This document shows positions 8,496-17,614 of a stretch of DNA of 53,065 nucleotides, one piece after another. The notes beneath the pieces are model-generated. The model was not told the DNA's origin. It saw only the letters and a program-made list of their open reading frames with translations, and made no database searches. Positions within the stretch are counted from its first letter, which is position 1; every line of letters begins with the position of its first letter. Made by a program: the position numbers and the translations under genes. The stretch spans positions 1 to 53,065 of the forward strand of contig WAPT01000011.1 of the NCBI GenBank assembly GCA_015520605.1, in the 5' to 3' direction. Origin of the DNA: Nanobdellati archaeon. Lineage in GTDB: Archaea > EX4484-52 > WAPT01.

Positions 8496-10118
8496 ATGGC
8501 CAAGGCCGTGTTCAGCAGGAAAGCTCTGGTAAGGTGGTTAAGAAAGCATGGTAATGTGCGGCTTGAGAGCGAGAGAGACATAATTGTGGATATACCGCAA
8601 GACAAGCTCAGGAGCGTTATCATTTCCCTCTCAAAAAGAACAGACGGTTTCAGAAGCGTCGCTCTCAATGCATACTTCGATAAAGACGGTAGCTTCAATC
8701 TCCTCTATCACTTCTCAAACCCGCATGTTATGCTTACGCTCAAATCAAAGATGTCGTCAAAGCCGGAGCAGCTGGAATCGATAACTCCGTTTTTTCCGGA
8801 AGCCGATGCTTTCGAGCGCGAATTTTCCGAGATGTTCGGGGTGAGGATAATCGAGCCCGAATCAAAGAGCGAGAAGGAGGGCTTGTTACTCTATGATCTC
8901 AAACAACCATTCCACCAGCCAAAAAAAGAGAAGGAAAAGGAAATAATAACCTCGAATAGTTCCAGGGCTTCCTGCCTGATCCCAATAGGACCACAGCACC
9001 CAGCGTTGCTTGAACCGGAGAACTTCATCTTGGAGGTGGAAGACGAGATTGTTTTGAACGCAAGGGTAAACCTCGGCTATGTGCATAGAGGGATAGAAAA
9101 GCTTGCGGAACAGAAGAACTACCTACAGAACATTTTTCTCATAGAGAGGATATGTGGAATATGCAGTGGAGTCCACACGGTCTGTTATACCCAGTGTCTG
9201 GAGAAGGCAGCCGGTATAATTCCCCCTAGAAGAGCGGAGTACATAAGAACTCTGGTGCTCGAGCTTGAAAGACTACACTCCCATATGCTATGGCTCGGAA
9301 TTTTTGCATACGAGATGGGGCAGGACACACTGTTCCATTGCATTTTCAGGGACAGGGAAGCTGTGCTTGACAGGCTTGAGGAAATATCGGGTAACAGAAT
9401 AAACTACGGCATGAGCACGATAGGCGGTGTGAGGAGAGACGTAACATCCACAGCTCTGGAAAGGATAGTGCAAACTGCAAGAGAAATTAAGAGGAAGGCT
9501 GAAGAATACTTGGAGATATTTTCTTCTGATAGGGCAATAGTGAGCAGGTGCGAAAATGTGGGAAAAATAAAAAAGAACACAGCAGCACGGTTTGCCACTG
9601 GCCCATGTCTGAGGGCGTGCTCCTCCACATTCGATGTAAGAACAGATGGTTATGCGGCCTATGATGAGCTGGGTTTCAGTGTGGTCAAGGAAGACGGCTG
9701 CGATGTTCTCGCCATGGTTTTGGTCAGGATAAAGGAGATGGTGGAGAGCTGCAATCTGCTTGAGGAAGCGGCTGAAAGGATGCCCACCGGTAACATAAAA
9801 GACATGACGAGGGTTTCCCTTGTGCTGAAGGACGTGGAGCAGACACACAGGGTGGAAGCACCAAGGGGGGAATTATTCTATTTCATAAAGGGAAACGGAA
9901 GTGATAAACCTCATAGGATAAAGGTTAGGACACCAACGCTCGCAAACTTCCAGCTTCTGCCCCACATGCTCATAGGACAGCAGCTTGCTGATGTTCCTGT
10001 GATTATAGCATCTATAGATCCGTGCTTCTCGTGCTGTGAGAGAGCGTTGGTCAAGGACATCAAAACTCAGGAGAAAAGAGTGCTAACATTCAATGACCTC
10101 AGGAGGATGGGAAGATGA
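8496..10118 (+). CDS. mbhL: fused Mbh K/L: NuoC-like domain plus [NiFe]-hydrogenase large (catalytic, NuoD-like) subunit
   Basis: N-terminal ~150 aa carry EADAFEREFSEMFGV (NuoC-like), followed by a Lys/Glu linker and PIGPQHPA. The proximal Ni-Fe motif is RICGICSGVH and the distal motif is DPCFSCCER, followed by a ~24-aa C-terminal extension. Confidence 0.85.
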   Translation: MAKAVFSRKALVRWLRKHGNVRLESERDIIVDIPQDKLRSVIISLSKRTDGFRSVALNAYFDKDGSFNLLYHFSNPHVMLTLKSKMSSKPEQLESITPFFPEADAFEREFSEMFGVRIIEPESKSEKEGLLLYDLKQPFHQPKKEKEKEIITSNSSRASCLIPIGPQHPALLEPENFILEVEDEIVLNARVNLGYVHRGIEKLAEQKNYLQNIFLIERICGICSGVHTVCYTQCLEKAAGIIPPRRAEYIRTLVLELERLHSHMLWLGIFAYEMGQDTLFHCIFRDREAVLDRLEEISGNRINYGMSTIGGVRRDVTSTALERIVQTAREIKRKAEEYLEIFSSDRAIVSRCENVGKIKKNTAARFATGPCLRACSSTFDVRTDGYAAYDELGFSVVKEDGCDVLAMVLVRIKEMVESCNLLEEAAERMPTGNIKDMTRVSLVLKDVEQTHRVEAPRGELFYFIKGNGSDKPHRIKVRTPTLANFQLLPHMLIGQQLADVPVIIASIDPCFSCCERALVKDIKTQEKRVLTFNDLRRMGR

Positions 10119-11002
10119 CGAGCGTTATTGCTGGAGCGGTGGTGATGCTAACTTATATTCTGCTTGCGGTAGCTTACGGACTGTTCATGGTGGGTGTACA
10201 CCGCAAACTCGTTGCCAGAATGCAGAACAGGAAAGGCCCACCAGTAATCCAACCCTTCTACGATCTCCTTAAGCTCCTCGGAAAGGAAAACCTGAGTTAC
10301 AGGGCATCAAGCCACGAAATATGGCTCGAGATGGCGCTTATAGCAATTCTACTTGCCACTCTCAGCGTTGTGCCCATCAAGAACGGAATTTACGCTCCTA
10401 ATTCAAACATCATCTGGACAGTTTTCCTGCTCTCGGCAGCGCAGCTCTTCATAATTTTTGCGGCTCTCGGCAGTCTCAGCATCTTTGGCGAGATAGGGGG
10501 GATAAGGGCACTCCTCCAGTTCGTATCGTACGAGGGAGCTTTCATAATCTCAACCTTATATCCTGTTTATGCGGTGACAGGCGACTTCATTATTCCTTTC
10601 AAGACAGCCAATCCCATGCTGAAGTTATTTCCAATTATGGCAGCCGCGTTTCTCATCGTTATGGTGGCACAGCTCCACATGCAGCCCTTCAACATACCCA
10701 ACGCACATCAGGAAATAGTCGCTGGTTACGCGACGGAGTTTTCATCCATACCTTATGCAATAGCGGAAGTTGTCAACGCGCTGAAACTCTATACGCTTAC
10801 AAGCATCTTTACCATTCTCTATCTCAACGGCCCCCTGTCATTGACTAAATTCATTCTAACGTCTTTGACTATAGTTTTCATCATCTCGATCATAAGGACC
10901 GCTATAGCAAGGACAAGGATAACAACCGCAATAAAAATCTATACAGCCCTAACTTTAATCTTAGCTGTTTATGTTGTGGTGAGAAGCTATGTTTGGGTTT
11001 AA
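10115..11002 (+). CDS. mbhM: Mbh subunit M (NuoH-like membrane subunit)
   Basis: 295-aa polytopic protein with RKGPPVIQPFYDLLKL (NuoH/HycD signature). ATGA overlap with mbhL. Confidence 0.8.
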   Translation: MTSVIAGAVVMLTYILLAVAYGLFMVGVHRKLVARMQNRKGPPVIQPFYDLLKLLGKENLSYRASSHEIWLEMALIAILLATLSVVPIKNGIYAPNSNIIWTVFLLSAAQLFIIFAALGSLSIFGEIGGIRALLQFVSYEGAFIISTLYPVYAVTGDFIIPFKTANPMLKLFPIMAAAFLIVMVAQLHMQPFNIPNAHQEIVAGYATEFSSIPYAIAEVVNALKLYTLTSIFTILYLNGPLSLTKFILTSLTIVFIISIIRTAIARTRITTAIKIYTALTLILAVYVVVRSYVWV

Positions 11003-11372
11003 GATGTTCAAACATGTCGTAAGACACCTGTTCAGCAGAGCAACAACCAGACTATATCCTTACCAGGGAGCGAGAGTTCCGGATGGTTTTAGAGGCATGC
11101 TCTACCATCGTGCCGACAAATGTATATACTGCGGACTGTGTCAGCGCGTCTGCCCCACGGGAGCAATAAGTGTTGAGGCGAACAAAAAGTGGAGCTATGA
11201 CGCAAAGCTGTGCATATTTTGCGGAGCGTGCGAGGAAGTTTGCAGGGAGGCTGTAAAGGCGGAGGCAATTTTGCTTACAAAGAACTTCAGCATGGTACAT
11301 TCAAAGCCTTCCGATTTTCCGAAGGTCGAGCACGTCAAGGAGATAAAGCCAAAGGGACGGGAGAGGGGATGA
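10989..11372 (+). CDS. mbhN: Mbh subunit N (NuoI-like 2x[4Fe-4S] ferredoxin)
   Basis: CIYCGLCQRVCP and CIFCGACEEVC motifs. Confidence 0.85.
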   Translation: MFGFKMFKHVVRHLFSRATTRLYPYQGARVPDGFRGMLYHRADKCIYCGLCQRVCPTGAISVEANKKWSYDAKLCIFCGACEEVCREAVKAEAILLTKNFSMVHSKPSDFPKVEHVKEIKPKGRERG

Positions 11373-11686
11373 GTTTGAAGCCGGATAGCGAGGATCTCAA
11401 AACAATAAAGAAGATTGCAATACTTACGAGGATGCATAACTTCATTCTTGAGGCATGGATGCCTCTGATAGAGGAAGTGAAATCCGAAACTCTGAGAGAG
11501 TTCCTCTATGCAACCAGAACATACGCGGAGTACCTTCAGGCAATAGGAGCGGACGGTGAGCTTCCAAGAGAAGCGTATCTGCATGCTCTCGATAACGTGA
11601 AAAAGTACTGTTCCGAGACAATTGAAACTCTTCAGCCCATCATTAATGTGGTGGAAGCGTTGAGAAATAAGGTCAGCAAAAAGTAG
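11369..11686 (+). CDS. hypothetical soluble helical protein translationally coupled to mbhN
   Basis: ATG 11369 forms an ATGA overlap with the mbhN stop (11370-11372). 105 aa (MSLKPDSEDLKTIKK...), with no TM segment or cofactor motif. The track ORF start at 11210 lies inside mbhN and was trimmed. Confidence 0.5.
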   Translation: MSLKPDSEDLKTIKKIAILTRMHNFILEAWMPLIEEVKSETLREFLYATRTYAEYLQAIGADGELPREAYLHALDNVKKYCSETIETLQPIINVVEALRNKVSKK

Positions 11687-11710
11687 CGTTATCTGTCACC
11701 ATATTATCAA

Positions 11711-12157
11711 TCATTCAAGCAACTTCAGTATGACTTCCCTGACCTTCTCATAAGCATCCAGACACTCTTTACTACAAACCTCACTAACTTCCAGGTTTTT
11801 TGGCTGGATTCCCACCACAACAACATCCGTTTCTTGCAGGGCTTTAATGAGTAGAGAAGGTTCAAACCTGTGGGTAAGTCCGACATCATCACAAAGCTCT
11901 TCGGGCCTGAAGACTTTCACTTCTCCCGCCTTTCCACCGAAGTCCACAGCATCCACCACTATAATTTTTTCCCCTGTTTCCAGAGGTTTCAGGGTCGTTA
12001 GGTATGGAATTTTAATTATGGTGACCTTTTTGCTTAATGCCATGTCCCTTTTCAACCTATCGTAAAATCGCAAGGCTATGCCGTCATCCCCCCTCAGCTC
12101 GTTGCCGGTGCATACTATTGTAGCTCTTTTACTTTCATTTTCTCCCTCCTTTGGCAC
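11711..12157 (-). CDS. hycI: hydrogenase maturation endopeptidase (HycI/HyaD family)
   Basis: VCTGNELRGDDGIAL and IVVDAVDFGGKAGEV motifs; 148 aa. Confidence 0.8.
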   Translation of the reverse strand: MPKEGENESKRATIVCTGNELRGDDGIALRFYDRLKRDMALSKKVTIIKIPYLTTLKPLETGEKIIVVDAVDFGGKAGEVKVFRPEELCDDVGLTHRFEPSLLIKALQETDVVVVGIQPKNLEVSEVCSKECLDAYEKVREVILKLLE

Positions 12158-12497
12158 GTGTATTCACCCTCTGGTAGAACTCGATGTGGTGCGCCGCTAA
12201 TATTGAGAAAAGAGGCGCAACACCAAAGCAAGCAAGCGTTAAAATCCCTACAGTGGTACTGAAAACGAAGAGCTTCCTTGCCAAGGCAAGCTGATCGGCT
12301 CTGGCAAGGTAAAGTGCCGAAGCGTTGAGACCCGCCACAAATGCCCAGAGATGTGGGAAAAATTTAAGAAACGGAATTGCCTGCGAGAAGTAATTAAAAA
12401 CTGGGGATAGGGTTATGGCCGAAAAGAGGGGGAAAACCACGCTCGCAGCTCCGAAGGCATAAACAGCAAAGACCATAATCCCGTTCCCTTTTTTCAT
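12135..12497 (-). CDS. small integral membrane protein, co-oriented with and overlapping hycI
   Basis: 120 aa with ~4 hydrophobic segments. Its 3' end overlaps the hycI start by 23 nt. Confidence 0.45.
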   Translation of the reverse strand: MKKGNGIMVFAVYAFGAASVVFPLFSAITLSPVFNYFSQAIPFLKFFPHLWAFVAGLNASALYLARADQLALARKLFVFSTTVGILTLACFGVAPLFSILAAHHIEFYQRVNTRAKGGRK

Positions 12498-12556
12498 ACC
12501 ACCACATGAGTGGATAAAACTTTATATATTGGCGTGTGAAAAAAGTAATGATTACC

Positions 12557-12886
12557 ATGCATGAGTTCGATACCATCGAAAAAATCTATACCTCACTTCT
12601 CAACATCGGCGGCAGGCTGCCTGAAAGAGTGTACATTAGGCTAAGCAAACTGAACGGCAATCCAGATTTTGTCAAGTTCGCCATAGAAAGCATGGTGAAG
12701 GGAACACCTCTGGAAAAGATAAAGCTGGAGTTCATCGAGGTCAAACCAAAGATAAGATGTCCCACCTGCGGTTATGAGGGCGAGATCGAAGCCCCCGCTC
12801 ATGCACGTTTTATCAGGTGTCCTCTCTGCAATGATACTGTTGACATAATTGATGGCAAGGAAATAGAGATCCTTGTGAGAGAATAG
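12557..12886 (+). CDS. hypA: HypA-like hydrogenase nickel-insertion protein (copy 1)
   Basis: Start trimmed to the canonical MHE N-terminus (ATG 12557). C-terminal zinc motif CPTCG...CPLC. Confidence 0.7.
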   Translation: MHEFDTIEKIYTSLLNIGGRLPERVYIRLSKLNGNPDFVKFAIESMVKGTPLEKIKLEFIEVKPKIRCPTCGYEGEIEAPAHARFIRCPLCNDTVDIIDGKEIEILVRE

Positions 12887-12922
12887 ACAACACAATAGTC
12901 CCTACAAAGGTGTGTTGGTTTC

Positions 12923-13522
12923 CTATTCTATGTTTGTATGCCTCTTCTTCATATCCTCCTCATCCATCTGAAGCCGGGAGCTGAGCTCCCCCATTATGCT
13001 GTCAAAAAATATCATTGCCGAAAGCTCAAACAGAGTACCCATCGGGGAAAGAGCAGCCTTTGAACTCTCTATCTGCCTAGCATAGTAATTATGCTCCATA
13101 TCGTCCTCCCTCTTACTTTCAAGCTTTATGATGATATCCGCGAGTCTGCCGAGCGTTGAAGAGGGGTTTGATGTAATGGCCACCACCTTTCCACCTAGCC
13201 CCTTAGCCTTTGTTGCCACAGATACTACTGAGGTTGTTTCTCCAGAACCCGAGATGGCTATGAACACATCCCCTTTCCTCAGAGGCTTGGTTATGGTCTC
13301 TCCAACTATGTATGCTTCAAAACCGAGATGCACCAGCCTCATACCCGCGGCCTTGGCAACGAGACCGCTCCTGCCCGCACCCATGAGAAAGATTCTTTTC
13401 CCTTCAGATACCGCTCTCTCCAGAAGATCGAGTAGAGCTCTCACAATGGAATCATCAACATGTCTCAAGTTCTTTTCTATGCTTTTCAGCAGGTGGTCTC
13501 TCGCAGCATGATAAACCTTCAT
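12923..13522 (-). CDS. phi: 6-phospho-3-hexuloisomerase (SIS domain)
   Basis: IFLMGAGRSGLVAKA and AISGSGETT SIS motifs. 4-nt overlap with the upstream HPS gene. Confidence 0.8.
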   Translation of the reverse strand: MKVYHAARDHLLKSIEKNLRHVDDSIVRALLDLLERAVSEGKRIFLMGAGRSGLVAKAAGMRLVHLGFEAYIVGETITKPLRKGDVFIAISGSGETTSVVSVATKAKGLGGKVVAITSNPSSTLGRLADIIIKLESKREDDMEHNYYARQIESSKAALSPMGTLFELSAMIFFDSIMGELSSRLQMDEEDMKKRHTNIE

Positions 13523-14148
13523 AGGCTCATCAAGACCTCCTTTATCCTTCTTGCAGCTTCTCCGGGGTTCTCGCTTTTTGTTATATTACCTCCAACTATA
13601 ACTATGTCCAGACCCTCCACTTTCCCTAAGTTCATCAACTTTTTCTCATTCAGACCACCGGCAACCGCAAGCCTGCAGGCACCTCTTACAGCTCTGCTGA
13701 CCTCTTTTAATGGCCGGGCAACATCTACGCCTACTTTCTGCTGATCTATGCCAACATGCACGAGGAGGTAATCGGGCTTGGCCTCAAGAGCTTTCCTAAT
13801 GTTTTCGAAGTCTGTTACGCTCATGAGATCGACGAGAAGTTCAACACCGTAATCATTGCAGGCATCCCTTGCACTCATAATCGTCTCAAACGGAGCACAC
13901 CCCATAACGGAAACGATACTCGCTCCAGCTTGAGCTGCCATCTCCACCTCAAGATAACCGGTATCCATCGCCTTCATGTCGGCCATTACGGGAATATCGA
14001 AGGAAGAAAGAACTTTAACAACCCTTATACCCTCGCTTTTTATGAGAGGTGTGCCCGCCTCCAGCACATCTACATAAGGAGAAACAGCCCTCGCCACTCT
14101 GATTGCATCCTCCAGTTTTGTGAAATCAAGGGCCACCTGCAACCTCAC
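13519..14148 (-). CDS. hps: 3-hexulose-6-phosphate synthase (OMP-decarboxylase superfamily)
   Basis: MRLQVALD, EAGTPLIK, ADMKAMDTG and VGIDQQ motifs. Confidence 0.8.
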   Translation of the reverse strand: MRLQVALDFTKLEDAIRVARAVSPYVDVLEAGTPLIKSEGIRVVKVLSSFDIPVMADMKAMDTGYLEVEMAAQAGASIVSVMGCAPFETIMSARDACNDYGVELLVDLMSVTDFENIRKALEAKPDYLLVHVGIDQQKVGVDVARPLKEVSRAVRGACRLAVAGGLNEKKLMNLGKVEGLDIVIVGGNITKSENPGEAARRIKEVLMSL

Positions 14149-14179
14149 GTTTGAATCATGCGATATTAAGATTTTTAAA

Positions 14180-14319
14180 TGGTGCGGGGGGTGGGATTCG
14201 AACCCACGAAGGCACTAAGCCACGGGATAACTCAGCCATATCATCGCCGTACAGGCTCATCACTCAAGAGCAAAGCCCTCTTGAGTCCCGCGCCTTTGAC
14301 CAGGCTCGGCAACCCCCGC
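14180..14319 (-). tRNA. tRNA-Leu(CAA) with a canonical 37/38 intron (~51 nt, 14229-14279) and encoded CCA
   Basis: Reverse complement reads GCGGGGG-TT-GCCGAGCCTGGTCAAAGGC-G-CGGGA-CTCAAG[intron]A-TCCCG-long variable arm-GTGGG-TTCGAAT-CCCAC-CCCCCGC-A-CCA. Intron segment GCTCTTGAGT pairs with the anticodon region ACTCAAGAGC. Confidence 0.9.
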
Positions 14320-14399
14320 ATAACATTGTTAAGAGTAGACTTCGCTACTCAATTCCGCTCCAACCTTTAAATAAGTTGGTCAGTAATCAGCAGCACAGT

Positions 14400-15176
14400 C
14401 TAGCCTTTAACCTTGAAGCATATAATGAAACTGGGAAAATATTCCTCACCTAGTTTCCTAAAAACCTTTGGATAATTCTTAGTTGCTATTATCTGATAGA
14501 CAATTTCCTTGTTTTCCTCGGTTGGTCTAAGATCTATTCCATCACGGACAGCATATCTTATTAACCCTTGGTTGGAAAGTGGAAGAAAAGCTTCTATAGG
14601 ATCAGAAGCATCCATACAAATTGTGTACGCACCGAGTTCAGTTACCCACCAATAATTTGTGTGTTCTGTTCTTTTTTTAGTGAACTTTTCCACTAATTTA
14701 TGTACTTTTGCTTCATCTTTCGCTATTTCATTAAGTTTTGGTTCAATTAGTTTGAATTGTTCCTGTCTTTTTACAACCTCTTTAAAATCTAGTGTATCTA
14801 TGTATTTCTGCGCATCTATAGAATTTCTGTCTCTCTCATGAACTTTCTCATGAGCTATGCTCTCCGCGAAGATCTTAAAATCATAGAGATCATCAAGTTC
14901 CCTTTCATACAGGTATATTCTGTTTTTGATAAAATCATAGATATTTCTAGAAAGTATGGATTTATTTCCGTAATTTTTGATCACACCAACAAAAACATTT
15001 TTATACCAGTTGTCTTCAACGGGAATTCTGTATTTTTCCATTCTTTCCCTAAAGAAAGTATCAACAAACTTAAATTTATCTGGATCAAGGTATTTCTCCA
15101 GCTCAACAAGCTCGTCAAATCCCGGATCTTCTAATGATTTAAGAACGGACATATCAATTTCCTTTGGTAGTCTCAA
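14400..15176 (-). CDS. hypothetical protein with an HExxH motif (possible zinc metallopeptidase)
   Basis: 258-aa AT-rich ORF. AHEKVHE is the only recognisable motif. Confidence 0.5.
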   Translation of the reverse strand: MRLPKEIDMSVLKSLEDPGFDELVELEKYLDPDKFKFVDTFFRERMEKYRIPVEDNWYKNVFVGVIKNYGNKSILSRNIYDFIKNRIYLYERELDDLYDFKIFAESIAHEKVHERDRNSIDAQKYIDTLDFKEVVKRQEQFKLIEPKLNEIAKDEAKVHKLVEKFTKKRTEHTNYWWVTELGAYTICMDASDPIEAFLPLSNQGLIRYAVRDGIDLRPTEENKEIVYQIIATKNYPKVFRKLGEEYFPSFIICFKVKG

Positions 15177-15301
15177 CGCTTTCTGACTTTTAATATTGGA
15201 GTTAAGGTATTTAAATTTTTAGTTACTAATTAGTAGTAATAAATGAAATTAGAAGTTAACGAAGGTGATGCAGTCTGTTTAGGGAAGAGGATCCAAATGT
15301 C

Positions 15302-15718
15302 ATGAAAGGTTTAGAAGAAAAAATAAAACTGCTTGTGGAGGATGGAGATTACAAGGAAGCTCTAAAACTGGTCGAGAAATACATAGAGAAATCTAATGGT
15401 TTTCTCCCAGATCTGAGAGAACACTATGAAACCAAGGGAAAAATTATGGAAAGAGTTATAAACGAGATAAGGGATGGTCACATCCCTCCAAATGATTTCT
15501 ACCGAGAGGTCAGAAAAAGTGTAGAGAAAGTAAAGAACTATAAAAACGACCTTTCGGCAATCGACAAAGAGATCGTCCCTGCATTGAATAAGTTAAGGGA
15601 TCTTGCATCAAAGTACAACGTTGACTTTGAAGATTTATACAAGGCGGTAAACAAAGCAGCACAAGACGTTAAAGGGGCTATCGAAAATGAACTTTCTCGA
15701 TATCTAAACACTTCATGA
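15302..15718 (+). CDS. hypothetical Lys/Glu-rich helical protein
   Basis: 138-aa AT-rich ORF with no recognised motif. Confidence 0.45.
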   Translation: MKGLEEKIKLLVEDGDYKEALKLVEKYIEKSNGFLPDLREHYETKGKIMERVINEIRDGHIPPNDFYREVRKSVEKVKNYKNDLSAIDKEIVPALNKLRDLASKYNVDFEDLYKAVNKAAQDVKGAIENELSRYLNTS

Positions 15719-15791
15719 TCATCAACACCTTTAGTATGGAGACTCCCAAACATCTAGTAAAAACTTGCTGTAATATTTTGCTTTTACATTT

Positions 15792-17576
15792 TCACACAGC
15801 CAGAAATTCGATTTTCCTGAACCTCCCTGCAATTTTCACGTACTCGGTAACTTCCTTTAATTTTTCAATGAAAGCGTCATCAAGGCATGCTTCAGCTTCC
15901 GTGAAGAAGATATATTTTCCTCTTCTGAACTTGTCAGGGTGTGATTCGAGCTTTCTGAGATTTATCCTCTCCTTATAGAACACCTCAAGCACCTCCTTAA
16001 GAGCTCCTGGTCTATCCTCGATGGAGAAGAAGAGAGCCGTGACCTCAGCACCCTCACATACACAATCCTTGCTTATCACATAAAATCTTGTGATGTTGTT
16101 TCGATCATCCTGAATGTCTCTCCTCAGAATCACAAGGTTATGCAGCCTTGCAGCGCTTTCAGAAGCTATAGCGGCAGAAGCATCGTCAAGCATCTTCAGA
16201 GCTTCAGCCGTGCTCGAGGAGTACACTATTTCCGCGTTGGTCAGGTATCTTCTTATAAAGCTGAGACATTGCATAACTGCTTGCGGATGAGAGTAAACAT
16301 ACCTTACTTTATCCAGCGGTATGTTCGATCTCGCTACAAGGCAGTGAGCTATGGGAAGTTCGGCTTCTCCCACAACATTCACTTCATGTTTCAGGAGCGC
16401 TTCTATGGTTTCAAGCACGCTACCCGTGAGGGAATTTTCTATCGGCACAACACCATAGGTAACCTCACAATTATCGACGGCGCTAACAACATCTTCTATG
16501 CTCCGGTAGTATTTCAGGAACGTTCTGCTTCCCACAAGCCTTAAAGCCATTTCCTCGCTGTAGCTTCCCTGAGGTCCCAACACACCCACAACACCACGTA
16601 TTCCAAGCGTTTCATACTGCACCTCCTTGGAGAGCTGGAATATTCTCAAAAATATTTGTTCCATAAGCAACGGATTCCTAACGTCCCTTAAAAGGCGGTT
16701 AAGCTTTCTTTCCTCAACTTCTTTAACCTCAATCGGGTGGTTGAGAGTCTTTTTCAGTAAGGCGATTTCCTTTGAAATCTCCTCTCTTTTTCTGATAAGG
16801 TCAACTATGAGGCTGTCCAAGACTTCCAGATAATTTCTGTACTCCTCAAGACTTTTCGGCTTTTCATAAATCTTGGCAGCATTAATAATGAAGCTGAAGT
16901 CTCCCTCAACTCCAAAGTAGGAAGGAAAGTTATCCATAAACCTTATCTCAAACTCCTCCAAGAATTTGATAAAACTTTTTCTTTCCTTTACTGAAACTTC
17001 CTGTATCCTACTCATAACCTCAGGATTCTGGGATCTCACCCTGGAGGAGAGGGCGAGCAAAGCTTTCAGCAATGCTGTGCTGCATCTCACATCTTTAACG
17101 TATTCACTCAGAGCAAGCAGAAGAAAATGGGGAACGCCCTGCACTTTTGCCATCTCTCTGTCATGCTCCTCAACACTCACTATCTTCATCCCATCTTTTC
17201 TGAGAATACTCAGGAAACTTTCAGCTTCCTCGCAGTTACTCTCCACATACACAACCTCAGAAAAGTAAGGATAGATGTTCTCCCCGAAAAGAGGGTGGAT
17301 ACTCAGATACTTATGTCCCGATCTTCTCAAGATGGGTAGTGTTTTCTCCTTGGTGGAGGAGACGTCAACGATGAGTGTGCTCTTCCTTACTTGTTTCAGA
17401 GCTTCCTCGTACGAGCTTTCGGGTATGCAGAGAACAACAACATTGAACTTCTTGATATCGTTCCTATCAATTTCCGAAATTTCCGGATTTTTATCGTAAA
17501 CCTTAACGTAATGCTCCGCAAGAATTTTGTGAAAAGTCCTACCGATTCTTCCGTATCCGTAGATCAGGATTTTCAT
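15792..17576 (-). CDS. trifunctional prephenate dehydrogenase / chorismate mutase / prephenate dehydratase (with ACT domain)
   Basis: N-terminal IYGYGRIGR Rossmann fold, a central helical CM-like segment, C-terminal GVLGPQGSYSEE (PDT) and FSIEDRPGALKEVLEVF (ACT). The same fusion is known in Archaeoglobus fulgidus. Confidence 0.85.
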   Translation of the reverse strand: MKILIYGYGRIGRTFHKILAEHYVKVYDKNPEISEIDRNDIKKFNVVVLCIPESSYEEALKQVRKSTLIVDVSSTKEKTLPILRRSGHKYLSIHPLFGENIYPYFSEVVYVESNCEEAESFLSILRKDGMKIVSVEEHDREMAKVQGVPHFLLLALSEYVKDVRCSTALLKALLALSSRVRSQNPEVMSRIQEVSVKERKSFIKFLEEFEIRFMDNFPSYFGVEGDFSFIINAAKIYEKPKSLEEYRNYLEVLDSLIVDLIRKREEISKEIALLKKTLNHPIEVKEVEERKLNRLLRDVRNPLLMEQIFLRIFQLSKEVQYETLGIRGVVGVLGPQGSYSEEMALRLVGSRTFLKYYRSIEDVVSAVDNCEVTYGVVPIENSLTGSVLETIEALLKHEVNVVGEAELPIAHCLVARSNIPLDKVRYVYSHPQAVMQCLSFIRRYLTNAEIVYSSSTAEALKMLDDASAAIASESAARLHNLVILRRDIQDDRNNITRFYVISKDCVCEGAEVTALFFSIEDRPGALKEVLEVFYKERINLRKLESHPDKFRRGKYIFFTEAEACLDDAFIEKLKEVTEYVKIAGRFRKIEFLAV

Positions 17577-17614
17577 AAATCTATATAAAAGTGAGGGGAA
17601 GTAATTTCAATCTA

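Noticed and set aside
13128-14154. Plus-strand ORFs of 94-132 aa across the PHI/HPS genes
   Set aside because: They are antisense to two well-supported genes and have no motifs.
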